From assembly GCA_965113315.1 (NCBI GenBank), contig OZ220368.1: DNA of 64,000 nucleotides; one strand, written 5' to 3'. The first letter of the stretch is position 1. Every line of letters begins with the position of its first letter. Made by a program: the position numbers and the translations under genes. Source of the DNA: Podarcis vaucheri. Taxonomy: Eukaryota. The notes under the pieces were generated by a model, which was not told where the DNA came from, did no database searches, and saw only the letters and a list, made by a program, of their open reading frames with translations. Of this stretch, positions 1-11,895 are shown one piece after another.

Positions 1-442
1 TTCAAAGTTGGAAGAATTGCAGCTTCCCGTTTTGCAGGGTTGTAGAGAATTGTGCAGTAGGCCTCATCCTTTGCACACTTACCTGAACCTAATTAGACTT
101 AGTTTAGAGTAGACACTGAAAGAGCTTCTTTTACAATCTCTTGCATCATTCACCACAGCAATCAAATACACGGGAATGGATTTGGAGTGACTCAGTGCTG
201 CTCTATGAACACTAAGATTGCAAATTGCAACTCCTTCATTTCCTGATGCAGAAATGAGGCAACTCTAGTTTTTGCTGACCATTCCCACTTCACTCCTAAT
301 GTCCGCTCTTCCCGTACATCATGCTGTTGACACCCACAGAGTCTAGCTCAAGATGGTGATGCACTGAAGAGAGTTACAAATATAAACATGAATGTACAGG
401 GTTTACTTCTGATTATAGTTAATATTTTTGTAACAATTTCTA

Positions 443-525
443 GAGGGGTAGCCTTGTTAGTTTGTTGCAGCAAAGTCTAGTCTGGTGACACCTTAAAGAT
501 TTAATATTTACACATTTAAAATTTA
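443..525. mobile_element. Degraded Penelope-like terminal-repeat fragment
   Basis: gggtagccttgttagtttgttgcagcaaag...gacaccttaaagat resembles the gtagccgtgttggtctg...gcaccttaaagac end of the younger Penelope copy at about 36 kb. Boundaries approximate. Confidence 0.45.
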
Positions 526-1797
526 TTACAGTATGATGATTTGCTCTTCAAGGTATCATAAGACACTTGGGTATTTTTGTGTACCTGACAGACTCTGTTG
601 TGCAAAGCTGCTGCAGAGATGAGCTCACTTTGGGTTTTATAATGTAAGGAGCCCTTGTCCAAGCTCTGATGTCAGTAATTCCAGCTTCAAAAACCGGATG
701 AGATTCCAATGCTGTCCATTTTACCGCTTCTTCGGGACTGGAACAGGACTCTGATTTTTGTGGTTTTAGAGCCATCTGCTGGCCAGGATTCATGCTCGTA
801 AATGTGCAATAGTCAGAGTTTGGGAAACCTGCACAGGAAAGTCAGGTCCATGTTTTGGAGATCTGGAGCTATGAAACAGATTTTGTGTAGCTTGCTTAAA
901 TACATATTAGAATTGGGAGACCATCTGTATCCACATGCATTCTCCCCCCAAAAAAGTTCATTAAAAAAAACTACAGACAAAAAAAACAACTTCAGACGCA
1001 GTGTAGAATTTTCTGACAACCACAGCAAAGAAAAAAACCACAATATATAGTGTACATAGATTGTTCCTTTTAAGATAAGAGTGCTGTATAACAAAATCCA
1101 TAATAAACAATAGCTTCAAAATACAGAGAACACAGACGTTTTGATGATAGAATATAGTTTAGGAGCGCACGTGCCTCCTGAACCAACTGTGAAGTAATGA
1201 GCGTCTTAGGAAATTACTAAGAGTCTGGGTGGTGCAATGTCATTTAATGTAAAGAATTACTATCTGAAGTTGCTTTTTTCCTGCTTCCTCCTTGACATCA
1301 TGTCTATTAGATTATCAGCTTGTGGATGGGGACATTGTTGCTTTTAAATTTGTGTACAGCACTTAAAAACTTTAGGCATTTTATAAATAATAATAAAAAA
1401 TAGTTGTTATTGTTTTTTTAAAAAAGAGTGATCCAGCAAAGGTGGGGAAAAGTGAGACACTCAAGTGACTTAATGCTCAAACTACATGATAATTTTCTGT
1501 TCTTCTAAACTCAATGGCATACAAGTGAATTGTGACTAGTGAGGGATGTTGGGAGTTGTAGACCATGGAGGAGGGTCACAGGTTCTCTACCTTTCCTTCA
1601 TGCATTCAGTTTAGTAGCTGGAAGTAGCAACCAAATCAATTTTATTCTTTTTAAAGCCAGTACCTGGCCATCTAGCACCAAACATATCCTGCAAATTTGA
1701 GCCTGTGGGAGACTTTGACAATTTTGCTGCTTGACGTTGTGCTGGAATGAGGAGTGTATGAGTTCAACAGTCTTGTTTGCCTCTCTCTTCCTAACAG

Positions 1798-1893
1798 GAC
1801 CTCCTGGGCAGATGGAGTTTGTTGACTGGTTAAATCTCCCTGAACAAGCACTGCTGGTTGTAAAGAGACTTGTTGAAGCTTTGGAAAAAGAAG
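1798..1893 (+). CDS. Internal coding exon (96 nt, phase 1/1) of a class IA phosphatidylinositol 3-kinase regulatory subunit (p85 family, PIK3R1/2/3-like); start of the BH/RhoGAP domain
   Basis: Acceptor ctctctcttcctaacag|GA, donor GAAG|gtataa. Reads (G)PPGQMEFVDWLNLPEQALLVVKRLVEALEKE(G), matching p85alpha LLIKLVEAIEKKG as recalled. The equivalent human PIK3R1 exon is about 93 nt with the same phases. Confidence 0.9.
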
Positions 1894-2401
1894 GTATAAG
1901 AAAAAACTCTGTTGCTGCTAGAATTCATTGTTGCTGCTGTTTGACATTCCACATCCTAAACTGCTGATCAGTATATAATGTTTGCTATTAGTATATATGC
2001 AAATTCCAGAGAAGCAGTGGCCTTTGTAAAGAGGAGGCAGACGGCTCATCATTTCTGCCCCTTCGGACAGTGCCCAGTTGCTTCCCTACTTTCATCCCAA
2101 GGGCCAGGTCCAACCCGGGCCAAACTTCCAGGGGCCGCATTCTGATAGTGAGCAGTGCTAGAGGCAAAAGTGGACGGGGTCAGAATATTGTGACTGAAAT
2201 GCAGTTGTTCAAGGAAGAAATGATTCAGTTTATAAAGGGTGTGTGTGTAAATATAATTGGACCCTTTCTCCTGGTGATGTAATTTCACTGGCTGGAACTT
2301 CTTCAAGGCCCCCTTGATTAGTTGACCATTTTTGAATGGTAAGAAAATCTTACTGTGTTTCTCTCTCTCCCCCCCCCCCCCCATTTCTGTTGCATTTACA
2401 G

Positions 2402-2479
2402 GGTTAGATAATGAAGCCCTTTACCGATCACCTCCCAGTTCCTTTTGCGACGCTCAACTCAAGCAGCATCTGCTGACAG
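2402..2479 (+). CDS. Internal coding exon (78 nt, phase 1/1) of the p85-family PI3K regulatory subunit; contains the RhoGAP LYR arginine-finger motif
   Basis: Acceptor catttctgttgcatttacag|GG, strong donor ACAG|gtaaga. Reads (G)LDNEALYRSPPSSFCDAQLKQHLLT(D), versus p85alpha [26 protein letters not shown] from memory. In frame with both flanking exons. Confidence 0.92.
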
Positions 2480-2595
2480 GTAAGACATGGCTTTGGGGGT
2501 TCTATGCAGAAAGCAGCATTCAAGCAGTAAGGTTCCAAACCCCCCCCCAAAGTGGAGTTCTCTCCCTGTTGCGAAGAACACAAGCCTTCTGAGTA

Positions 2596-2821
2596 CAGTG
2601 GTACCTCGGGTTACATATGCTTCAGGTTACAGACTCCGCTAACCCAGAAATAGTACCTTGGGTTAAGAACTTTGCTTCAGGATGAGAACAGAAATTGTGC
2701 TCCGGCAGCGCAACAGCAGCAGGAGGCCCCATTAGCTATAGTGGTGCTTCAGGTTAAGAACAGTTTCAGGTTAAGAACGGACCTCCGGAACGAATTAAGT
2801 ACTTAACCCGAGGTACCACTG
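2596..2821. mobile_element. Tc1/mariner (Tigger/pogo-type) MITE
   Basis: TIRs CAGTGGTACCTCGGGTTA / TAACCCGAGGTACCACTG, flanked by TA on both sides. Related copies at 30332, 40545, 40771 and 44676. Confidence 0.9.
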
Positions 2822-4500
2822 TATAGGGACCACTTATGAACATGGACCACGAGGAGTTAATGGATGTAGATCTGAATTGTGTAGTGCTTATGAAGTCCTC
2901 TGCATTGGGTTAAAGGACTAAATTCTATTCTTGGTGCCAGTGCAATCATCAGGGTGATTCTGTCTATTCCGCAGAACCTCTTGGGTCACTCTTGTAGCAA
3001 GGGGAGCGCACTGCAGGAGCTAAGGGGAGCCCCAGCTGATGAACCACCCTTTTTTCAGCTGCCAAAGCATCAAAGCAAGTTAAGTAGCTGGGTGAGTTTA
3101 GCAGCAGGGCAAGGAGGCCAGGGCACACTACTCTGGGCACACTTCTCCTCTCCATGACCTAAGCTTCTAATAAAGTAACTTAAGAAACTCCCCCCCCCCC
3201 AAAAAAAAAAAAGCTAGCAGGTGTTGTGGGCTTTCCAATGTCCTGCACTGTCTGTCATATGTACTGTTATGAGCCTGTAGCACTGTTGGAATCAGGCTTG
3301 GATTTGCTGGCTCAGATGGAGAAGGAAGAAGAAACAGAGGGGAGGATTGTACTGTTGGAACCTGGGTTGGAGGAAGGGGGAACCTCCCCTTCCCGCCCCA
3401 ATTTCATCCACTTTGGAAAGCGAAGTGGGCCCTCTCCACCGACCCTCCCTCAGTGGACTCTGGGGCGGGTTCTGATCAGCCCATGATGAAGGCTGAACAG
3501 GGGGAGGACTACTGGACTAGAGAGAGAATAGGAGTGTAAAGCCTTCACAGATGGGAGCAGACACACCTACCCTGATGCAGTGTGAACTTGCAAGCTCAAC
3601 GTTCCCACAAGGCGAGAGAGTCTCATGGGGAGTGCACCATGCCTTGTCTTTTAAAACTTGGTGGCAGAGGTAGGGAAGCTTATTGGGACATCTTTGTCAC
3701 TTCCATCCAGTTCTGAACTTCTTGTCCTGTACCTGAACCCTTGAATCCTGACTCCTGAGCTTGGAGTGGTTCAAAAATGCAATATCAGAAGCTCAACTGG
3801 AGTGTATGGTTCAGATCAGGAGAGGTACTGCCAGAACCAAGAGGATGCCCTCTTTATTATAATTAAAGGTGTGCTAAAGGGGAAATTGCAGAGAAGCTGA
3901 ATGAATTTATTTATTTTTTGCATCTGTCTTCACAGCAAAAGATACAGGGCAGATAGGGATCTGAACTAACTTTCCAGGAAAGGGAGTCTGGGGAACAGAG
4001 GAAAACAGTGGTGGCAAGAGGTGAAGTTCTAGGCCTAATAGAGAAAACAAAAACTGACGAATCTCTGGGTCCAGATGTATCCGCCTGAGAGTTCTCAAAG
4101 AACTCAAATGTGAAATTGCTGACACACAAACACACTGTTTGCTTGTTTGCTGGATTTCTCTCTTGCCCTTCCTCCCTAAGGATTTGGGGTTTTAAAAATC
4201 TGTACATACCTTCTTGCTGCATAGTAAATTCTGTTTTTGAATCATTTGGCCACAAGATGGCATTGTGGCACCAGGCAGTGTAGAAGACAGCTCTGTTCCT
4301 GGCTTACTGTGTTTGTGAAGGAGGCAGCGTGATGCTTTGTAGCAGCACGCTGATCCACCCTCCTGTTACCTGCGCTGGTTCCTCTCCGGTCTGTTGCCTT
4401 TGAGCGGGTGCTGTTTGCAATGATGGGGAGGATGCGGTGTCAGACTCAAGCAGCCAGGCTCTCTGACAGCACAAGCCCAGAGGCTGTCACGCCAGGACGT

Positions 4501-4540
4501 GTTGCTATGGAGAGGAATCTGACGGGATATCTATATAAAG
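4501..4540. promoter_or_regulatory. Candidate promoter elements: RFX X-box-like GTTGCTATGGAGAG (4501-4514) and TATATAAA (4532-4539) beside a locally CpG-rich patch
   Basis: Motif match by eye. About nine CpGs in 4320-4530, in an otherwise CpG-depleted region. Confidence 0.3.
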
Positions 4541-7250
4541 AAACATGAGCTCATCCATCCTCAGCAGAACTAAGAAGCCAAGTCCCGAGGTACCTTATTG
4601 TCTGTAGCGAGGCACACTAGAAGCAGCTGCGAATGTTCTCACATTCAGCTGGAGAATGAAACACGGGCAATGTGTCTTATCATCTGCAGGCCAAGCCGCA
4701 AAAACAATTTTCAGGCTATATCTGTATCTCAGAACCTTCTAGTCCAGGTACATGTTAAAGGCATGCAGCTGGTATTTTTTAAAACAACAACAACAAATTT
4801 ACCCCCCCCCACGTCAACCTGTGGATTCCTCCAAAGATTCAGTAGGGGGAGCCATGACAGTTAAACTGGTGCAAAAATTATGATGGGTTGCATGATATAG
4901 GAACACATGCAGCAGTGGGCCATGGTAAGAGCTGGTGGTGTGTGGGACCATAACACAGGCAGACTGACACCTGTACACAAAGATCATGGGCACTTGGGGA
5001 GAGCTGTCCCCGCCTGCCTTCCTCACCACCACAATCGCACTCCCCACCCCAGCTTGCCTAAACAGCTGTGGGGCCAAGGGATTCATAGCTTACATAGGGA
5101 GGAAGACACATGGGCACAGGGGACAGTTCGGTGGCAAGAGGGTTTGAGTGGGTACCCATGGCGTGCCACACTTGAGGGCCTGTGAAAGCTGCATGCAGCC
5201 AATGACCTGAAGCTTGTCCACGTGTGGTACACGTGTGGTACCTTGAGGGCAAAGGACCACCCCTTTATGCGCACAAGAATTGCTGAACTAGGACATAAGA
5301 GGTTAGAGCTTTATTCCATTGCCCCCAAATTAAATATTGTGAATATTAAATATAAGCTTCTTGCCATTGTGTATCAGTTTGTTTCCTTTTTTCAAAACAT
5401 CTCCACGGTAGCCACAGAAAAACAATTTGCTCTTATCAGGCTTTGAAATACTATTTTAAACAAAATCTGAGCATCTGGGTGATTGACTGGCTGCTGTCAA
5501 TGCTGACCTCAAGTGGAAACAAAAGACCTTGTTCCAGCCATTACGGTTCACTCTCAATATAGTGTTAGGAAGCAACGGGATAGATCCTGGACTCATTCCT
5601 GTGGCTATATGCTTATGAAAGTGTTTTGTGCAAATGAGCCATCCTTGCAGCTTGCTTTTGGAGATAGTCCTGTGAACCGTGAAAGTATTCCTGACAGTTG
5701 GCAGTCTTGGGATTGTCTATGAACAAGTTGCTTAGATGACCAGTTATAAATGCCTTCAAAGTTATGAAGCCACAGAAATCGCTTCAGCTGCAAAATATTA
5801 CATTAGAACAGGCCTTGTGTTAGTTTTTTCTTTGCTGAAGCTGAATGTCTCAGTTCAGTTGTGCTGAATTTGTGCAGCTGATTTCCACTTTGATATGCAA
5901 GGCAACTCGGCTAATTAAAGTCAACTTGAATGAATTCAATGAATTTTGACCTCGTTAAATAAGGAAATTAAGTGTACTCAGTGAAGCCGAGTTATGTGTG
6001 AACATTCCCAGGGACAATGCAAGTTTTCCAATAGAAAGTCGATTTAAGATGTCTGGTGAATGAATTTGCAGCTGCAAATTATGAAAGTCAGGGTTTCTGT
6101 TGTTGTTATTTTCTCTACATCCAGGCCTCACTCTTGTTCAACCTGAGTGCATTGCACTGACACAATATTTATTCCAAGCTGAGGCCCACACACAAACACT
6201 TCCATCCACATGAAACTATTTATCTAAGACCCAGAACAAGAGCATATGTGTCCAGACTGTCTTAAAGTTAGCACTTTCATGCTATGTGCACAGGTTCCTT
6301 GTTAGATTATGGACACCATCTTGATGCAACATGATTATAATTCACTTCACTCTTGACATACTTCAGGTACTGGACACAATGTTTGCCTTGCAAAAGTATG
6401 GTTGTTGTTTTTTGTGTTGCCATTAATATAGATTGCTAGAATCTGCCATGAAATGGGATACATTTTTTTTGCAGAATAATTTCCCCCTTTGGTTATCATG
6501 GAGATAACTGTGTATGTGTTGTTTTCTCCTGTAAGGGAAAAAGTAATTATCCATATGCATAACAGAGGTACTTGCCAAGTTGCCTGTAGAACCTCTAATC
6601 TCTCTAGGACAGGCAGGTAGGGTACCCTATCACTCTCCAGATTCCTAACATCTCTGACCATTGGCCATTGTACCACAAGTTCCCCTGCCACTGCTCTAGA
6701 ATAATGGATAGATGTGCCTCTCCTGCCCCAACCACACATGACACTTCACAAGCACCATTATAGTAGAAGCAATCATTTTTCAGCTGTTCACCTTACCTAG
6801 CCAAGTGGGAGCCTTGTTGTGCTATCTAACATGGCTGCCATTTTGAATAAGGCACATCCTGCTTCTTTGCTGCCTCATTCCAATTGGCAACTCAAAGGAG
6901 GTGAGGCAGTCAATGTAGTGTTGTATGGGATGGGGAAATGGAGCTGACTGTCTCCTTCAATTTGAAAGTCAGTTGGGTGGAAAGGTCTTCTCTAACTCCA
7001 CTATCACTTTTCATACTCCTCCCCGAAGCCCTCAGAAACTGCCTTACCCAAACATAACTAACTAGCAGAGGGATTTTGAGCTGTAATCTGGCACAAAAAC
7101 TATGTGTGCTGTAGTGTCTATAATGATTTTAATTCTTCTTCTCCCACCAGCAAGAGGTTGGCTTCTGAGACATCTTGCTAATTTTGGTTCCTCTAATTTG
7201 ACCCTAAACCCTTGATACCATCAATGTAGGACGAGTTAATGTTACATAGT

Positions 7251-7317
7251 TGGGCCCTTGTGTGAGAGAGGCTGCCTTGGGTGCATTGCTGGGCCCTTGT
7301 GTGAGAGAGGCGGCCTT
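7251..7317 (+). repeat. 28-bp direct repeat, period 39
   Basis: tgggcccttgtgtgagagaggc[t/g]gcctt at 7251-7278 and 7290-7317, one mismatch. Confidence 0.9.
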
Positions 7318-8981
7318 ACTGTCTCTCTGGAATGTGAATTATAGTAATTACTGAGGTCTCCTCTGTCCTCAGTTGGCTGTTGCTGTGATTCCCTAGGACC
7401 CTCCTTGTAAAAGAAGCTAGAATAGATGTTTACACTAGTGGCTGATAATGATATGTGTGTAATTGCGGTACATTTTCATATCCAAGTGGCGTGATGCTAG
7501 ACACACAAAATCAAATGCCACCATCCAGTAAACAGGTGTGTGTGTTGCACCTGTGTAATCCATCCCCAGCAGCTGATGTGTACGGTGCAAATTCTGAAAG
7601 AGATGCTTGCTGTCCACTGTCAAAGGTGCTATACAGCAGCTGCATTCACTGTCTTGCCTCTCCATTGCACCACTGGTTTAGTGCAGATGTTGCAGGGATT
7701 TAAGAGAGCCACAAAGATCAGGAAAGCTAGTGCCACCAATGGCTCTCCAACCCAACTTAGTGAAATCTCAGTCAGTCAAGGCAAATGGTTTACAACTTGC
7801 CATGGTCACATCTTTTGGGAGGAAGGGCATGTAACTACTGTTGAAAGAGAGGAGCATTAAGACAACCAGGGCCCAAGTTGCCAAAACATCCCAGCCTTTT
7901 GTGGTACAACTTGGAGGCAGGTTAGAAAGTTTAATTCTGGAGCATAGAGTAGGAGAAGAAGAAGGAAGGATTATTGGAACAGTCAAGCTAATTTTCACTT
8001 AGTTTAGCATTACTGCCCAGAAGGGCAATATAGGCATCTGGGCATCTTTATCATTATTTTTCCTTTCTATTTTTTCTTTTGCTTGTTATTATTGCCATTT
8101 AGTTGTATCTCTCTTTTTCTCCTCCCCCTCCTTCCACTTTTTCTTCTTGTAACTGGTTTGAGATGTGTTGAACTGATAAGAATAACAGGAACATGGTTTC
8201 AAATGACAGAGAACAACGGAAAAATTCAGTTAATATCAACATTCAAATACTACTGTAATTAGGGTCATCAGACAAGGAGAAGATTGAAGTCCATCATATA
8301 TTTGCAAATTGCAGAGTGGCTTGCCAGCTCCCAATCTAGTGGCGGGGGGGGGGGTCCTCTGAATCTTGGTTGACTAATTTTTAAGTAAAAAAGATACATT
8401 TATAAACCTCATGAGTGGCATAAGGGCGTTAAAATGTCCAGGAGGCATGATATGGAGCTCATGAAACAACAGTCCCAATGCGTTTCTCTTGACACCCATT
8501 CTCCTCTTATTTATTTCTGCACTGTCCCATGTACTCTGTCCATTGTTCCGTTCTGCCTGCAGAGTCCAACAAAAATCCCTACAACCTGGTGGATGAAAAA
8601 ACAAATTTTGCAATTGAAAACAGTAGCAAGGCCAGATGCATTTGTGTCCATTTCCTAGATTGCATATCATATTCAAGAACCAGATACTTGCATTCTCCCC
8701 TCCCCCTGCCCTTCACCCCAGTGCACAGTTTGGGAGCTTGTACATGTCAGTACCTAGCAGATGGCATCTGGCCTTGCATCCTAGGGATGAAAGGCTCAGC
8801 ATCCTATGACATGGTTTCAGAGGCATTCAAGCCAGAGCAGTGGTGTAGAGGAACTAGCAGAATATCAGATGGGGCTTGCAGAAGGAAATGAAGGTTTTAA
8901 TGAGTGAGTAATGGTTTCCAGAGGCTGGCAAGCAGAGATGTAGTATAAAATTAGATTGGATGCTGGAGGTTGAAAGCCCTG

Positions 8982-9208
8982 TTCATCTCTGCCTCTTGGG
9001 GGCACAACAAGGACAGACTTCATCAGCATGTTGTCTATAAATACTGTCTCTCTCCCCCACTTGGAGATAAGCGGACCAATTTTCCAGACATAAGCAATTT
9101 AATAAGATACTCTCAGGTTCCATTTAGATGCAAAAGTTAGCCCACAGTGTAGTATAATACGGTAGTAACCTCTGTGAATGCAATTCAAGTAAGAACCGCC
9201 AGCCAGGC
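8982..9208 (+). repeat. Copy 1 of a diverged local duplication of about 230 bp (partner 10713-10945)
   Basis: Colinear shared blocks: ttcatctctgcctcttggg, caaggacaga, cagcatgt, gtctataaatactg, gagataagc-gaccaat, aaa-ttagccca, gtagtaa, gt-agaac-gccag. Confidence 0.85.
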
Positions 9209-9839
9209 CAGGGACAATGATCTGCTTAGCCACCCATGGTTCTTGTCGTGAGAGACTGGTTTTGATAAGCAGGCACAAGCAATGAGGGAAAATTTCCCTC
9301 TTGTCCTTTCCCCAGCCAAATCTGCGACTGTAATGCAATGGGAAGGTGATTTGCCCTTTTCTCTGCATCATTTCCCCAATGAAAATCTCCCCATCGGTTG
9401 CTTGCCCTATTAGTATGAACTAACACAGAGGCAAAACAAGCGTAGAGATGTGAAAGACAAGCGTTTCAGTGGAACCATTCTTTCTGCGTCCTCATCGAAC
9501 GATGAGGAAAGAGGAATGCCGTACACAACACGCTTCACCCCTGATGGGTGTTCCAACCATTTTCCTTCTGGTAGATAATCCATTCTGGAAATGTTTATGA
9601 GAATTTGCTTTAGACTGCATTTGAAGCAAAAAAACAAAAACAAACCCTAGAGATAACTGATTTTTTCTCTCCATAGCATGCCACTGCATGAGCCAGAACT
9701 TGTGATCCTTTATACTTCAACTGGGCCATTACTTTGCAGCTTTGGAAACTGAACAATATAGACACTAGTACTCAGTCTTAAGGAAGAAAATCTGCTCTTC
9801 TTTCAGAACATGAATTCTCTCTTAGTTGCAGGCTCTCCA

Positions 9840-10010
9840 CCGTGGCTTAGTAGTGCGACACATGCTTTATGAACAGAAGGTCTCGGATTCAATTTCTGGC
9901 ATCTCCAGTTTAAATGAAGAATCAGCTAGCAGGTGATGTGAAAGACATCTCTCGCCCTGAGACACTGGAGAGCGACTGTTAAGTCAGAGTAGGTGGTAGT
10001 AGGCTGAACA
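9840..10010 (+). mobile_element. Old tRNA-derived SINE fragment
   Basis: A-box-like gtggcttagtagtg and B-box-like ggattcaattt, then ggcatctccag...ctggagagc, also seen at 47280-47455. Boundaries approximate. Confidence 0.6.
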
Positions 10011-10712
10011 GATAAGCAAGCTGACCTTCACAGATGTTACCGATGTAAGGATGTAAACCTGAAATTGTAGAGTGCCTAAAACCATTCCTGTGGGCGGAGG
10101 ATATATATTGCCATTAAGAAACTTAATAACTCACCATACTTCTGAACAAGCTGAAAAGGACATACCATGACATACTCATATAATGTTGAGAATTTAACCC
10201 TACTTCAGATAAACATCATGTAGGATACTAGAAGACGAACAGATCTTGGCTATCCTATGGGAAGCAAAATGGGAGAACTGTTCTTTGGCTCAGTCATTTA
10301 ATTATGATTTTGAAGAATTAATATTTTTAACTACTATTTGAGAGAGTGCTTGGCTCCTACAGCTGAAGGATATGCAAGTGTTTTGAGAGAGGTCATGGTG
10401 AATAAGTGTCTACCTGTGTGTGCCTTCAGACATCACCTTTATTTTTGTCCAGTGAAGCAGCCAGTACCATGCATTTATTCGTCGTAGCTGACCAGGTTAC
10501 CTTTTTCTTACAGTGGTAATATGAAGGTGATTTGCCAGCAAGGATATTTACATATAAGATTCTAAGATGGAAGTTACCAATCCTTCTGAGAACCAACCAG
10601 CTAAAATAAAATAGAAACTGTATCTTATGAGCACCTAAAGGAGTAGAAATGGCTGGGCTGGTTTCAAATCCTTTGCAGTGACAGAAAATCAAACCATGCC
10701 CAACACAGCTTC

Positions 10713-10945
10713 TTCATCTCTGCCTCTTGGGGGGCATAGCAAGGACAGATTTCACCAGCATGTCGTCTATAAATACTGCTGCCTCTCTTCCCGAGATAAG
10801 CAGACCAATGTTCATTCAGAAGCCATTTAAGAAGAAGCTCTCAAGTTCTACTGGAACGTAAAAATTAGCCCAACATTGTCGTTTGTAATCCTGTAGTAAT
10901 ACTAAGAGCAATTTTCAAAAGACAGGTGAGAACTGCCAGGCAGGT
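10713..10945 (+). repeat. Copy 2 of the diverged local duplication (partner 8982-9208)
   Basis: Same blocks in the same order and orientation, offset about 1.73 kb. Confidence 0.85.
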
Positions 10946-11564
10946 GTTAGGTTTCTTTTCTAGAGGGCATAGAAAGTTGTAGAAAAGTGCTGCTAATGGT
11001 TTTACTCCTGCACATTAGTAATGGACTTGCTTTACTTTTTGCACACACACCCCGGGTAACTATAATCACCAAAAGCACACACAGCTTTTAGTCAGTAATA
11101 TATACTAGGTAATGATAGCTCACTATGTTAATTGGCAATCTTGGGCACTGCCTCTGAAACAACCAGGAGTGTTCCAGACTGGTGGCTCCTCCCAGTATTA
11201 TTGCTTTTTTCCATGTAGGCTACAATAAAATTTGCAATGGATTTTACACTCTAAAGTGGGTATAGCACTTTGTACATCTTGTGAGGTTCTGTCCATGCTA
11301 CTGGGTGGGACATTGCAGACAGGAGGACAACAACTCTGAATGCACCATTTTAGAAAAAGATCTGTTTTAAAAAATCAGTTCTTAAAAGTTGTGTGGACCA
11401 GGGATTAGCACAATGCTAAAATCGCACTGACCAGAAAGATAACACAATACTTATTTAAATCAATTTTTAAATTTGCACGAATATTTTATTCACTGTTGCA
11501 CAAATATTTTGATAATGGTGCAGGGGGGAGAGCACAAACCAGATGATCAATTTATTTGTTTACA

Positions 11565-11895
11565 ACATTTTAATTCCACCTCATAACATACAGTTCTCTG
11601 CATGGCTTACCATAAATAAGCATATAAACAAAGTAAAGCCAACATAAATACAGCAAGGAAACAAAACTATCTGCAACCCTCAGGTTAAAACACAGATGTC
11701 TGCAAACTGCAAAGCCCAGACTGTAGGAGTTATTTAAAAGGCCTGGTCCTGAAAAGGCAGAGATATCTGGGAAGACTGTTCCGACCATAACTGAGGTGTC
11801 CCTACCAAAAAGGCTGTCCTTCTGGTGGTTACCTGCCTCACTTCATTCAGTTCTGGTGCTCAGAGCAGGGCCTCTGAAGAGGATCTTAAGGTTTG
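11565..11895 (-). mobile_element. Degraded L2-type LINE 3' fragment
   Basis: aaaaggctgtccttctggtggttacctgcctcacttc...cagagcagggcctctgaagaggatcttaagg resembles recalled squamate L2 3' regions. Boundaries approximate. Confidence 0.5.

Noticed and set aside
6362-10600. Three further minus-strand open segments with splice-like flanks (10600-10501, 9614-9425, 6528-6362) as a nested protein-coding gene
   Set aside because: Their phases do not chain in the open frames (out 0 to in 2; out 0 to in 1), and I recognise no protein family. They may be chance or non-coding exons.
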